This document shows, piece after piece, positions 1 through 8,920 of a stretch of DNA of 64,000 nt (positions within the stretch are counted from its first letter, which is position 1; every line of letters begins with the position of its first letter). The stretch comes from an uncultured Bacilli bacterium (GTDB taxonomy: Bacteria > Bacillota_I > Bacilli_A > RF39 > UBA660), in NCBI GenBank assembly GCA_947632325.1, contig CANROU010000004.1, forward strand, positions 16,307-80,306, read 5' to 3'. The notes beneath the pieces are model-generated. The model was not told the origin of the DNA. It was given only the letters and a program-made list of their open reading frames with translations, and did no database searches. The translations under genes and the position numbers were made by a program.

Positions 1-87
1 TCATCAGTTTTATAGCGTTAAAATATCAAAAAAAATGGTTGAATTGTTTTATTATTAAAGATAAATGTGGTAAAATGGACGATATTA

Positions 88-96
88 TGGTAAAAT
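88..96 (+). promoter_or_regulatory. Extended -10 element TGGTAAAAT for the tRNA gene (downstream copy of a tandem pair; upstream copy at 68-76)
   Basis: TGGTAAAATG occurs twice, 20 nt apart (68-77 and 88-97). The downstream copy ends 8 nt before the tRNA 5' end at 105. Confidence 0.4.
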
Positions 97-104
97 GAAC
101 ATGT

Positions 105-181
105 GTCCTCGTAGCTCAGTTGGATAGAGCACAATCCTCCTAAGATTGGTGTCGGTGGTTCGAATCCACTCGGGGACGCCA
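105..181 (+). tRNA. tRNA-Arg (anticodon CCU)
   Basis: A cloverleaf folds by eye. Acceptor stem GTCCTCG/CGGGGAC; D arm GCTC-AGTTGGATA-GAGC; anticodon stem CAATC/GATTG with loop CTCCTAA (anticodon CCT); T arm GGTGG-TTCGAAT-CCACT. The 3' CCA is encoded. Confidence 0.93.
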
Positions 182-222
182 TTTTAAAATAATATATATT
201 GTATATAGGGGGAGATAAAATA

Positions 223-756
223 ATGGTACAACAATCAAAATTAGAAAAAATGGCAAAACTTGATAATATAATTAATGGTATATTAACAGGTTATTTAAAG
301 GATGGTACACCTTTTTCACTACTAGAATTTTGGAAAAATATACCTTTTAAATATCCTGATGTTCCAATAGCTAATGCTGAACATATGAAAGATGCATGCG
401 TGCCTATCTATAATTATAATGATTTTTCCAATACTGTTAATGATTTTACATGGGCTAATAATACGAGAGCTAACCTTATTATCATGCAGTATATGAATAT
501 TTGTAAATCACATGTTTATGGTCATCATTCACCAGATGATATGAGAGATTTTAAGCATGTTATAGAAGTTGTTGAACAAAATAAAGAGAAAACTCTTAAA
601 GATATTACTTTTGATGATCAAGTAGTTGATAATGTTATTGCTTATATTAATGATAATGATATTCCTCTTATGTTGGAAACTTTTCAATATGTAAAGAAAA
701 AATATATCGCAGGTAGTTTATATAAAACAAATAATAAGACCTTAATCAAAAAATAA
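223..756 (+). CDS. Hypothetical protein (no family recognised)
   Basis: Long ORF. The ATG at 223 lies 8 nt after GGGGGAG (208-214). The TTG at 199 listed in the track has no RBS. Confidence 0.6.
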   Translation: MVQQSKLEKMAKLDNIINGILTGYLKDGTPFSLLEFWKNIPFKYPDVPIANAEHMKDACVPIYNYNDFSNTVNDFTWANNTRANLIIMQYMNICKSHVYGHHSPDDMRDFKHVIEVVEQNKEKTLKDITFDDQVVDNVIAYINDNDIPLMLETFQYVKKKYIAGSLYKTNNKTLIKK

Positions 757-881
757 TAAGAATAGTTTGTTTTTAAATATGATTTATGTATAGTAATACT
801 TAATTAGGATATTATTAATAATGGTTATAAAAATAAGTAGATGTCATTATTTAAAATATAAATTTATTAGGGGTGGATAGT

Positions 882-2267
882 ATGCGACATAAAGGGTGGT
901 TATTAATAACAGGAATACTTATAAGTATAGTAGTTGTTTTTCTAGTATGGCCTGATAAAAAAACTAAACAAGAGTCTAAAGATAATGTTAATAAATTGCA
1001 GGCAACTATTTTATCGTGGAATGATGATAAATTAATAGTTCAAGATCAAAACAACATCATTTATACCTTTTTAAGTGATCAAAATAATTGGTCTAATCAT
1101 GATGATGTAATAATTTATTATACAGGATCATTAGATCAAGATAAACAAGTACAAGACGTGTCTATCACTGATTTAAAATTAAATAATATTGCTAAAAATG
1201 CTGATGGGATACCACTTAATTATTTGGATAATGGTTTATTTAAAGATTATTACACCTTAGCGTATAAAAAATTGTTAACTTTATCGCTAGATGAAAAAAT
1301 AGGCCAAATATTTTTAGTGGCATACCCTGGCAGTAATGCCCTACAAGAATTACAAAAATATCACTTTGGAGGATACTTATTTTTTCGTAAAGATTTTCAA
1401 AACAAATCTGTTGAAGAAGTTCAAACAGAATTAGGGAATTTACAACAACAAAGTGGTATTCCTTTATTGATGGCCGTGGATGAAGAAGGAGGTACTGTCA
1501 TTAGAGTTAGTAGTAACCCTAATTTAGCTGCTAGTCCTTTTAAATCACCTCGTGAGTTATATTTAGCAGGAGGATTCCCTTTGATTTATAATGATACAAT
1601 TGCTAAAAGTAAACTTTTAGATTCCTTAAAACTTAATTTAAATTTAGCACCAGTGGTTGATGTTTCTACTAACGAAGATGATTATATTTATAAAAGAACT
1701 ATTGGTGAAAATCAAGATATTACTAGCGAATATGCTAAAACAGTCATCAAAGCTAGTAAGGAAGGGAAAGTTTCGTATACTTTAAAACATTTCCCAGGAT
1801 ATGGTAATAATTTAGATACTCATGTTGGTAGTTCGGTCGATGAACGAAGTTATGAAGATTGGGAAGCAAATGATTTACCACCTTTCAAAGCAGGAATTGA
1901 AGAAAAAGCTGAAGCTGTTTTAGTTGGACACCAAATATTAAAATTCTTTGATGAAAATATGCCAGCATCTTTATCTACAAATATTCATAACTTTTTACGC
2001 GATTCATTATCTTTTACTGGAATTATTATGACAGATGATATTGCTATGGCAGCTTTAGATAATGAAGATAATAATCAATCCTTAGCTAAACTAGGACTAC
2101 TAGCGGGTAATGATTTAATAATTACTACGGATTATCCTAATAGTATTAAAGAAATAAAAGAAGCCTTAAACTCTGGTAGTATAAAGGAATCTACGCTTAA
2201 TAGAGCAGTATTTAGAATTTTAGCGTGGAAATATTATAAAGGTTTAATGTTTGATAACACTAAATAA
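882..2267 (+). CDS. Membrane-anchored glycoside hydrolase family 3 beta-N-acetylhexosaminidase (NagZ/YbbD-like)
   Basis: N-terminal TM helix. GH3 N-domain motifs are KHFPGYG and IIMTDDIAM. The ATG at 882 follows AGGGGTGGA. Confidence 0.8.
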   Translation: MRHKGWLLITGILISIVVVFLVWPDKKTKQESKDNVNKLQATILSWNDDKLIVQDQNNIIYTFLSDQNNWSNHDDVIIYYTGSLDQDKQVQDVSITDLKLNNIAKNADGIPLNYLDNGLFKDYYTLAYKKLLTLSLDEKIGQIFLVAYPGSNALQELQKYHFGGYLFFRKDFQNKSVEEVQTELGNLQQQSGIPLLMAVDEEGGTVIRVSSNPNLAASPFKSPRELYLAGGFPLIYNDTIAKSKLLDSLKLNLNLAPVVDVSTNEDDYIYKRTIGENQDITSEYAKTVIKASKEGKVSYTLKHFPGYGNNLDTHVGSSVDERSYEDWEANDLPPFKAGIEEKAEAVLVGHQILKFFDENMPASLSTNIHNFLRDSLSFTGIIMTDDIAMAALDNEDNNQSLAKLGLLAGNDLIITTDYPNSIKEIKEALNSGSIKESTLNRAVFRILAWKYYKGLMFDNTK

Positions 2268-2293
2268 ACAAAGTAATAATACTTTGTTTTTTA
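2266..2293 (+). terminator. Rho-independent terminator after the GH3 gene
   Basis: Hairpin AACAAAGT/ACTTTGTT with loop AATAAT, followed by a T-run. Confidence 0.7.
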
Positions 2294-2400
2294 GAACAAA
2301 AAAAAGGAAACTTTTTGTTTTTTTTCGACAAAATTCGACAAACAGAAAACTACAGATAGTGTATAATATGGGGCAAAAGGAAAGTAATAAGAGGTTGAAT

Positions 2401-3528
2401 ATGAAGATATGTTTCATACAAGATAACTTAATAGAGCCAATGGAAATATCATTAAAAAAGTATTATAAGCTTTTATCCATGGCTTTATTTGCTTTAGGAC
2501 ATCAAATAGTATGGATTAGAAGTAGTACTCAAACAGAGGATTACTATGAAAATGGTGTTCATATAATTGGAATTAATGTAAAACCTTCACCAGATAAAGT
2601 TAAAGATAATATCATATTTAGAAAAAAAATTATGATTAAAATAGAAGAATTAGTCGCCTTAGGAGAAATTGATATTATTGAGATTGCTACTCATGATTCA
2701 TTAGGTTATTTTTATCTTAAAAATAGGCAAGTGCCAGTTATAGGTAAACAACATTTTCCTATAGATTATTTGTTAAAGAAAACCGCTACTACTAATATAA
2801 AACGACAATTAACCTATTGGTATGAAGAAAGCTGTAAACGATATGATAAAATTATTGCTGCAACAAATACTTTTTCTGTTCATAATAGTGAAATTATCAT
2901 GGATCCCATTGATAATAATAATTTTTATCCTACTTCTATAAGGCATCATTCAAAGATGATTTTGCACTGTGGTCCATTAAATAAAGATGGTGGTGTTTAT
3001 ATTTTAGCTAAGGCTATCAATTTAGTTTTAAAACAGTTAAATGATCGTGAAATTAGTTTTTGCTTTGTAGGAAAGGATAGCTTTGATGAGACTGAACATA
3101 TCAAAGTATCTACTAAAATTAAAAATTATATTGATTCCCAATATCATAAACAAATAGTTTTTTTAGGTGAAATACCGCCATTAAATTTAAATACTATTTA
3201 TAATGAAGCTCAAATAGGTATAGCTTCTTCATTAACTCCTATTAACTTAGACTATCTTTTGGAACCCCAATTATGTTGTTTACCTATGATTGTAGCCAAT
3301 AATAGTAGATATTTAGAGGCCTTGGATAACAACGATTATGTTTTATGGTATCAAGCACAAGATTATCGTAGTTTAGCTAGACATATCATAAGGCTTTATC
3401 AAAATATTACTATTACTAAAACTTTAACTTCTAACGCTCGTAAATATGTCTTACAAAAATATCAACCTAAATATATTGCTTGTCAAATGCTAAAAGTTTA
3501 TAACGAAACTATTAAAAAATTTAAATAA
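2401..3528 (+). CDS. GT-B fold glycosyltransferase, family 4-like
   Basis: The C-terminal half has a GT4-like signature (LLEPQLCCLPMIVANNS, compare E-x7-E / G-L-P-V-I). The ATG at 2401 is preceded by AAGAGG. The upstream extension in the track (2251) crosses the terminator. Confidence 0.6.
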   Translation: MKICFIQDNLIEPMEISLKKYYKLLSMALFALGHQIVWIRSSTQTEDYYENGVHIIGINVKPSPDKVKDNIIFRKKIMIKIEELVALGEIDIIEIATHDSLGYFYLKNRQVPVIGKQHFPIDYLLKKTATTNIKRQLTYWYEESCKRYDKIIAATNTFSVHNSEIIMDPIDNNNFYPTSIRHHSKMILHCGPLNKDGGVYILAKAINLVLKQLNDREISFCFVGKDSFDETEHIKVSTKIKNYIDSQYHKQIVFLGEIPPLNLNTIYNEAQIGIASSLTPINLDYLLEPQLCCLPMIVANNSRYLEALDNNDYVLWYQAQDYRSLARHIIRLYQNITITKTLTSNARKYVLQKYQPKYIACQMLKVYNETIKKFK

Positions 3529-3582
3529 ATATAACAGGACTTTCCTATTGATTGCGAATAATAGAAATAGGGAGGTGTAAGT

Positions 3583-5667
3583 TTGTTGTCTAGAGGATCA
3601 AATGCCCTGCAAGATGGTCCCAAAGATTGTGGAGTGTGTTGTTTATTAGCTATTATTAGGCATTATAAAGGTAATGTCAGTAAAGAATATCTGCGTAATT
3701 TAACACATACTACTACTGATGGCGTTAATTTTTATAATCTGTTACAAGCAGCTAAAAAAATTGGGTTTCAAGGTCGAGGAGTGAAAGGAGAATTAGAAAA
3801 ACTAGATAGTTTTATGTTACCCTGTATTGCTCATGTCATAATCGATAATCGTTATCAACATTTTATTGTGATTGACGAAATTAATTTTTATCGACAAACA
3901 CTTATTATATTTGATCCAGCTCAGGGAAAACGTAAAATTACTTTTACTGAATTTAAAAAAATATCAACCAATCAATATTTATATTTGAAGCCCTTAACTA
4001 TTTTACCATCAATTAATAGCAATCATCTAATTAGAAATATTATTGTACGCTTTCTTGGAACATATAAATTATCAATTTTTATTATTGTTATCTTATCTGG
4101 ACTTTATACAATTCTTCATATAATAGTAGGTTTCGACTTTAAATTTTTACTAGAATATGTTCTTTCAACTGGATCATATAAGAATGCTACTATTATTAGT
4201 GTTTTCACCACGACATTAATATCATTACAACTATTATTTAATTTTGCTAGAGAACATTTATTAAAATTATTAAACCACAATTTTAGCCATCACTTTATGC
4301 AATTAATTACACAACAAATTATTACCCTTCCTTATTCCTATTATAAAAACAGAACAACTGGGGAAATCATAAGCCGTATAAATGAATGTGAACAACTACA
4401 AAACTTTTTAATGCAACTTTTAGGGTTTGTTTTTATCGATCTTTTTCAAGTCATTGCTATCTTTATATTTTTATATTATTTAAATGCTTCATTGGCATTA
4501 TTTAGTTTTCTTTTTGGCTTTTTAGGATTTGCTTTGTTTTTTTTGCTGAATAATCCAATTAAAGAATTAATTGATACTACTAGTGAAGATAAAATTAAGC
4601 TACAGTCATTAATGATCGAGTCTATTAATGGAGTAGAAACAATCAAAGGATTGCATTTAGAAGAAGCTACTATCGAAAAAATAGATCGTTGTCATTGGCA
4701 TTTCCTACATAAGGATTATCAACTACATTTCTTATTATTAGTTTTAAATTATATTAAAGAACATCTTCTACAATTTGGTTTTATTCTTTTGTTATGGAGA
4801 GGTAGTTATTTAGTGATAGAAAAACGACTGTCTTTAGCTAATTTAATTTGCTTTCAAACTTTTTATTATTATTTCAGCCAACCTCTACAAACAATTTTTT
4901 CATTTATCATCAATATACCTACTATAAAGGTAATTATTAGGCGTATAACTGATTTATTTGATAATAAAAAGGAAATATTTGATTATCCTCGTAATAGATG
5001 TTTAGAAAATTTAACAGGCAAAATTAACATCACTAATTTATGCTTTCGCTATCAAGAACATTTACCTTTGTTAGAAGATATTACTATTAATATACCATCA
5101 CAGGCCAAATTAGTTATATATGGCCCTAGTGGCAGTGGAAAAAGTACATTAGTTAAACTTTTGATGAAATATTATCCTATAAATAATAACATGATTTATT
5201 TAGATGATATCGATATTAATCAATTATCGTTATCTACCATTCGTAATCACATTAGTTACGTTTCACAAAATGAAATTTGTTTCACGGATACCATATATAA
5301 TAATATTGTTTTATTTAATGAGGTAGATTATAATCTGTTCTTAAAAGTATGTCATATTTGTCGTGTTGATGAAATTATAAAAGATAAGATCTTAGGATAT
5401 GATCAAATGCTAGAGGAAAATGGGTTTAATTTAAGCGGTGGCGAAAAACAGCGTATTGTTTTGGCTAGAACTATTTTACGAGATAGTGCTATCTATATTT
5501 TTGATGAAGCTTTTAACCAGATAGATGTTGCATTAGAAAGGGAAATATTAAAAGATTTATTTAATTATTTAGAAAGTAAAAGCGTCATTGTAGTATCACA
5601 TCGTGATCACAATCAAGATTTATTTAAGCAAAAAGTAGTAATCAAAGAGGGAAAATGTGTTTGCTGA
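3583..5667 (+). CDS. Bacteriocin-processing ABC transporter with an N-terminal C39 cysteine peptidase domain (SunT/LagD/ComA class)
   Basis: The C39 triad context is intact: QDGPKDCGVCCL (Cys), QHFIVI (His), IFDPAQG (Asp). There are six TM segments. NBD motifs are Walker A GPSGSGKST, signature LSGGEKQR and Walker B IYIFDEA. TTG start sits 5 nt after GGGAGGTG. Confidence 0.9.
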   Translation: MLSRGSNALQDGPKDCGVCCLLAIIRHYKGNVSKEYLRNLTHTTTDGVNFYNLLQAAKKIGFQGRGVKGELEKLDSFMLPCIAHVIIDNRYQHFIVIDEINFYRQTLIIFDPAQGKRKITFTEFKKISTNQYLYLKPLTILPSINSNHLIRNIIVRFLGTYKLSIFIIVILSGLYTILHIIVGFDFKFLLEYVLSTGSYKNATIISVFTTTLISLQLLFNFAREHLLKLLNHNFSHHFMQLITQQIITLPYSYYKNRTTGEIISRINECEQLQNFLMQLLGFVFIDLFQVIAIFIFLYYLNASLALFSFLFGFLGFALFFLLNNPIKELIDTTSEDKIKLQSLMIESINGVETIKGLHLEEATIEKIDRCHWHFLHKDYQLHFLLLVLNYIKEHLLQFGFILLLWRGSYLVIEKRLSLANLICFQTFYYYFSQPLQTIFSFIINIPTIKVIIRRITDLFDNKKEIFDYPRNRCLENLTGKINITNLCFRYQEHLPLLEDITINIPSQAKLVIYGPSGSGKSTLVKLLMKYYPINNNMIYLDDIDINQLSLSTIRNHISYVSQNEICFTDTIYNNIVLFNEVDYNLFLKVCHICRVDEIIKDKILGYDQMLEENGFNLSGGEKQRIVLARTILRDSAIYIFDEAFNQIDVALEREILKDLFNYLESKSVIVVSHRDHNQDLFKQKVVIKEGKCVC

Positions 5668-6079
5668 TCAAAATTTTTATTATCCATTTATTAAAAAACA
5701 TTATTTGATGTTTATAGTGTTATTTTTATGTATAAGTTCCTTTTTATCACTAATTATCTTAAAGGGAAAAGTTAAAGTATATGATGAGATAGTGGGGATG
5801 GTGGAAGATGATAATATTATTTGTGTTGTACCACTTAAAGTATTAGAACACCTAAGTACACATCATGAAATAATAATTAATCGTAAGACATATTCTTATC
5901 AAATTTTAGAAATTACCAGTGATATATCAGTTAATGACAATATTATTTATAAACAAGTTATTTTAGATATTCCAATAGAAGATAACATAAGAAGAGAGCA
6001 TAATACATTTACAATGATAATACCTATAGAAGAAGTAAATTTATTACAAATAATTAAAACTATTATAAAGGAGGAATGA
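5657..6079 (+). CDS. Small single-TM protein coupled to the exporter (candidate export accessory or immunity protein)
   Basis: The GTG start overlaps the ABC stop, with AAGAGGGA upstream. It has an N-terminal TM helix and then a beta-rich domain. No family was recognised with certainty. Confidence 0.55.
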   Translation: MFADQNFYYPFIKKHYLMFIVLFLCISSFLSLIILKGKVKVYDEIVGMVEDDNIICVVPLKVLEHLSTHHEIIINRKTYSYQILEITSDISVNDNIIYKQVILDIPIEDNIRREHNTFTMIIPIEEVNLLQIIKTIIKEE

Positions 6080-6081
6080 TA

Positions 6082-6225
6082 ATGCAAAATATTAAAGATG
6101 ATCAAATGCAAATTATTACGGGAGGAGGTGTATCTGCTTGGGCTATCGCAGGAATTACGGCCATTATTACATTTGTTAGTGGCATAATTGAAGGCATCGT
6201 ACATCCTCGAAGCTGTGCAGATTAA
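6082..6225 (+). CDS. Double-glycine-leader bacteriocin precursor, peptide 1 (47 aa; below the ORF-track cut-off)
   Basis: My translation is MQNIKDDQMQIITGG|GVSAWAIAGITAIITFVSGIIEGIVHPRSCAD. AAGGAGG lies 7 nt upstream. Hydrophobic residues fall at -4, -7, -12 and -15 of the leader. The mature part is an amphipathic/hydrophobic helix with a GxxxG motif (GIIEG). Confidence 0.8.
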   Translation: MQNIKDDQMQIITGGGVSAWAIAGITAIITFVSGIIEGIVHPRSCAD

Positions 6226-6226
6226 T

Positions 6227-6397
6227 ATGGAATTAATAGAAGAAGATAAACTAACTAGTATCTCAGGAGGAGGTAGTATAAGCGGTACTATTATTAATGC
6301 CTTTAATAGTATTTTAGAAACTATTTTTAATTTTGGTGAACAACTTGGTTCTTCTCTTAGACGTATTCATAGTCATCAAATATGTCCTTTTCGTTAA
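6227..6397 (+). CDS. Double-glycine-leader bacteriocin precursor, peptide 2 (56 aa)
   Basis: MELIEEDKLTSISGG|GSISGTIINAFNSILETIFNFGEQLGSSLRRIHSHQICPFR. The ATG at 6227 is 1 nt after the peptide 1 stop. It has a 15-aa GG leader with the same hydrophobic spacing and a GxxxG motif (GEQLG). The longer form in the track (6188) overlaps peptide 1. Confidence 0.75.
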   Translation: MELIEEDKLTSISGGGSISGTIINAFNSILETIFNFGEQLGSSLRRIHSHQICPFR

Positions 6398-6533
6398 TAA
6401 TATTTTATAAAATAAGAGTCATTTATGCCAATATATCATATAATGTTATGCATAAATATCGATAAGATTAATATCGAAATAAAATAATATAACACTTAAA
6501 ATCTCTCAAAAGATAAAAAATTGTATTTTTTTG

Positions 6534-6563
6534 TTGTAATACTTATAAATAATGTGTTATAAT
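6534..6563 (+). promoter_or_regulatory. Sigma-A type promoter for rpsU
   Basis: TTGTAA, 18-nt spacer, TATAAT with an upstream TG (TGtTATAAT). It ends about 33 nt before the rpsU ATG. Confidence 0.5.
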
Positions 6564-6596
6564 CAATTTTAAGAAATGCGAAGGGAGGGATAGACA

Positions 6597-6794
6597 ATGA
6601 CACGGGAAACTGTTCGAAATGGAAATTTGGACGTTGCTTGGAAACGATTTAAGCAAAAAGTTGCTAGAGATGGTGTCCCTTCTGAATGCAAAAAAAGAGA
6701 ATGTTATGATAAACCAGGAGTTCGCAGAAGAAATGCGAAGAAAGAAGGAATAAAAAATTCTCGTAAAAGAAATCGTATGAGAGAAAGAGATTAG
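6597..6794 (+). CDS. rpsU: 30S ribosomal protein S21
   Basis: Typical S21 sequence (LDVAWKRFKQKV..., basic C-terminus). GGGAGGGA RBS. Confidence 0.93.
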   Translation: MTRETVRNGNLDVAWKRFKQKVARDGVPSECKKRECYDKPGVRRRNAKKEGIKNSRKRNRMRERD

Positions 6795-6807
6795 CTCTTT
6801 CTTTTTT
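6782..6807 (+). terminator. Rho-independent terminator overlapping the rpsU stop
   Basis: Hairpin AGAAAGAG/CTCTTTCT followed by TTTTT. Confidence 0.65.
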
Positions 6808-6837
6808 GATTGATTAATACTATTTAATCTTGAAAGA

Positions 6838-6866
6838 TAATATTTATCTAATTTTTTTCATATTCT
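6838..6866 (+). promoter_or_regulatory. Possible sigma-E type sporulation promoter for yqfC-yqfD
   Basis: TAATATT, 14-nt spacer, CATATTCT, compared with the B. subtilis sigma-E consensus kmATATT-N14-CATACAmT. It sits very close to the RBS, and AT-rich sequence makes chance matches likely. Confidence 0.25.
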
Positions 6867-6881
6867 TTATAAGGTGATAAT

Positions 6882-7127
6882 ATGATTCGACAATTAGTAG
6901 ATTATATACAAGAAAAAGAATTTAGATTTACGTGTTTTACCAATCGTATTCATATTGTTAATTATCAAAAAATTTTAATATTAGAGGATGAGAGAATTAG
7001 TATCGAATATAATGATGGCGTAATAGTAATTAAGGGTAATAACTTACGAGTTAGTCGTTTATTGGATGAAGAAATGTTAATTTATGGTAAAATTTCACAG
7101 ATAGAGATGAAGTCCAATGAAAAATAA
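6882..7127 (+). CDS. yqfC: Sporulation protein YqfC (YabP/YqfC family)
   Basis: Size and sequence pattern fit the family (IHIVNYQKILILEDERISIEY...IKGNNLRV). It lies directly upstream of yqfD and after rpsU, as in Bacillus. Confidence 0.8.
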   Translation: MIRQLVDYIQEKEFRFTCFTNRIHIVNYQKILILEDERISIEYNDGVIVIKGNNLRVSRLLDEEMLIYGKISQIEMKSNEK

Positions 7128-8295
7128 TACCTATCGTTTAAAGATTGTTGGTAAAAATCCCGAACAATTTCTTAAAATGCTCTACACATTACATATAGAG
7201 CTATGGTTAATAGAGAAAATAGATAAAGGTTACATCATTGAAGTAAGTTCTTCTAGTTATGAAAAAATAAAAAAAATTAAAACTAGTTATAAAATTACTA
7301 TTGTAAATCGCCATGGTATTATTGCCCTTATCCATCATTTAAAAAAATATTATTTATTACTCATTTCTGGTTTAATTGGTTTTTTATTATTGGTAATGCT
7401 CAGTCATTTAATATTTAAAGTAGAAATTGTTCATAATGATCCTAGTTTACGTTCCTTTCTTACTGAGGAATTAAAAGAATATGGCATAACTCCATTCCAT
7501 TTGCAAGTAGGATTTAAAAAACAAGAAGCTATTGTTAAGGATATTTTAACTAAACATAAAGATAAGATTGAATGGATGGAAATAGAAAGAATTGGTACCA
7601 AATATATTGTAAGAGTTGAACCCAGGAAATATAATGAGGAAACTAAAGAAGGTAAGCCCCAAGATATTGTAGCTAAAAAAGACGGTATCATCACCAAAAT
7701 TGATGCTAAAACGGGTAGTATTACTAAGCAAGTTAATGATTATGTTAAAAAAGGTGATGTTATTATTACCGGCATTATTAAAAATCAAGATACTGTAATG
7801 ACTACTGTAGTAGCAACGGGAACAGTGATGGCTGAGACATGGTATAAAATCAATGTGGAAATGCCTTTAAATTATTATGAGCAAACTCTAACTGGTAAAA
7901 GTAAAAATATTCTTAAAATTTCTTTTTTAACCCATGATATTAGTTTATTTGATTTTCATCCTTATAAGAATTATAAAGATATTGATACACCAATTATTAA
8001 AAATAATTTATTACCACTTTCTTTGAAAAAAGTCACAAGGCAAGAAGCATTGGTAAAAGATGAAGTGTATACTGAAGATACAGCAATTAAAAAAGCCTTA
8101 CAATTAGCTAGTGAAAAATTATTAAAAACATTAGGTGTCAATGATAAAATTATTTTGGAAAAAACTTTGAAAATAACCCGAAAAGATAGTAAAATAATAC
8201 TAGATATCTTTTTTAAAGTAGAAGAGGATATTACGGATTTCAAAGAAATAGATTTGACTCAATTAGCAAAGGACAGCGAAGAAGCAAGAAATTGA
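7117..8295 (+). CDS. yqfD: Sporulation protein YqfD (stage IV sporulation family)
   Basis: About 390 aa with a single central TM helix. It overlaps the yqfC stop, and synteny is conserved. Confidence 0.8.
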   Translation: MKNNTYRLKIVGKNPEQFLKMLYTLHIELWLIEKIDKGYIIEVSSSSYEKIKKIKTSYKITIVNRHGIIALIHHLKKYYLLLISGLIGFLLLVMLSHLIFKVEIVHNDPSLRSFLTEELKEYGITPFHLQVGFKKQEAIVKDILTKHKDKIEWMEIERIGTKYIVRVEPRKYNEETKEGKPQDIVAKKDGIITKIDAKTGSITKQVNDYVKKGDVIITGIIKNQDTVMTTVVATGTVMAETWYKINVEMPLNYYEQTLTGKSKNILKISFLTHDISLFDFHPYKNYKDIDTPIIKNNLLPLSLKKVTRQEALVKDEVYTEDTAIKKALQLASEKLLKTLGVNDKIILEKTLKITRKDSKIILDIFFKVEEDITDFKEIDLTQLAKDSEEARN

Positions 8296-8304
8296 GGTGA
8301 CATT

Positions 8305-8907
8305 ATGATGACATCATTAAGTGCTACTTTACAAAAGTTTTTAGTATTATCTATGCCTACCTTATGTTTTCCTTTGGCTATAGTAATTTCCTTGCGCCTA
8401 GTTTATTTATATAAAAATAAATTACCATTTGTTTTATATAAAGAAGTTATAATGTTAAGTTTTGCTATTTATATTTTATGTTTATTTCAAGTTGTTACTT
8501 TTCAAGATGTCGCACGTTTTTCTACTAACAATTTTATTCCCTTTAGGGAAATTACTCGTTATGAATTTGGTAGTTATTTGTTCATGAAAAATATTGTCGG
8601 CAATATGATTCTTTTTTTACCTTATGGTTTTTTCTGTAGTTATTATCTAAAAATAAATAAACCGTCAGCTATTTTAATTTTAACTTTAATTGCTTCTTTA
8701 TCAATTGAATTAATGCAATTAATGATAGGCAGAGTTTTTGATGTTGATGATATTTTACTTAATTTATTAGGAGGTTATATTGGTTTTATCTTTTATAGCT
8801 TCCTTAAGACGATCGTTAATCAATTTACTAAATTATTTAAACACGATTGGGTGTTGAATATTTTGGCTTGTATTATATTAATAAGTACTATTTTATTATT
8901 AATTTAA
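8305..8907 (+). CDS. VanZ-like family membrane protein
   Basis: VanZ hallmarks are NFIPF, NMILFLPYGFF and ELMQLMIGRVFDVDDILLNLLGGYIG. Multi-TM. Confidence 0.75.
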   Translation: MMTSLSATLQKFLVLSMPTLCFPLAIVISLRLVYLYKNKLPFVLYKEVIMLSFAIYILCLFQVVTFQDVARFSTNNFIPFREITRYEFGSYLFMKNIVGNMILFLPYGFFCSYYLKINKPSAILILTLIASLSIELMQLMIGRVFDVDDILLNLLGGYIGFIFYSFLKTIVNQFTKLFKHDWVLNILACIILISTILLLI

Positions 8908-8920
8908 GGAGTTTAAATAT

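Noticed and set aside
2251-2400. N-terminal extensions of track ORFs (2251, and likewise 18805, 27027, 44930, 54541, 61965, 62026, 17072)
   Set aside because: The extensions cross terminators, promoters or leader RNAs and lack an RBS. Internal ATG or GTG codons with a good Shine-Dalgarno spacing were preferred.
5947-6204. 85-aa minus-strand ORF overlapping the end of the accessory gene and bacteriocin peptide 1
   Set aside because: It is antisense to two RBS-supported plus-strand genes, has no RBS and is low-complexity. It is a shadow ORF of AT-rich coding sequence.
2401-6397. Glycocin (S-glycosylated bacteriocin) hypothesis linking the upstream glycosyltransferase to the single-Cys peptides
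   Set aside because: Known glycocin transferases (SunS/GccA type) are GT2/GT-A enzymes, and glycocins have paired disulfides in a helix-loop-helix. This enzyme looks GT4/GT-B, and each peptide has only one Cys. The adjacency is noted but is not enough.
6398-6596. Search for an immunity gene or small ORF downstream of the bacteriocin peptides
   Set aside because: Only a 19-codon ORF (MPIYHIMLCINIDKINIEIK) with no RBS is present. The region is better explained as the rpsU promoter.
7431-8243. Three minus-strand ORFs (7431-7697, 7546-7788, 7971-8243) inside yqfD
   Set aside because: They are antisense shadows within a well-supported gene. The same judgement applies to these track ORFs: 11648-11884, 12459-12698, 12691-12891, 12949-13152, 14190-14375, 16334-16531, 20075-20281, 22274-22471, 34070-34411, 35884-36120, 38941-39186, 43421-43618, 43667-43915, 45534-45743, 46846-47028, 47592-47846, 48397-48750, 49810-50151, 53093-53470, 53896-54078, 56730-57005, 57052-57273, 58585-58809, 59158-59352, 60955-61167 and 62865-63047.
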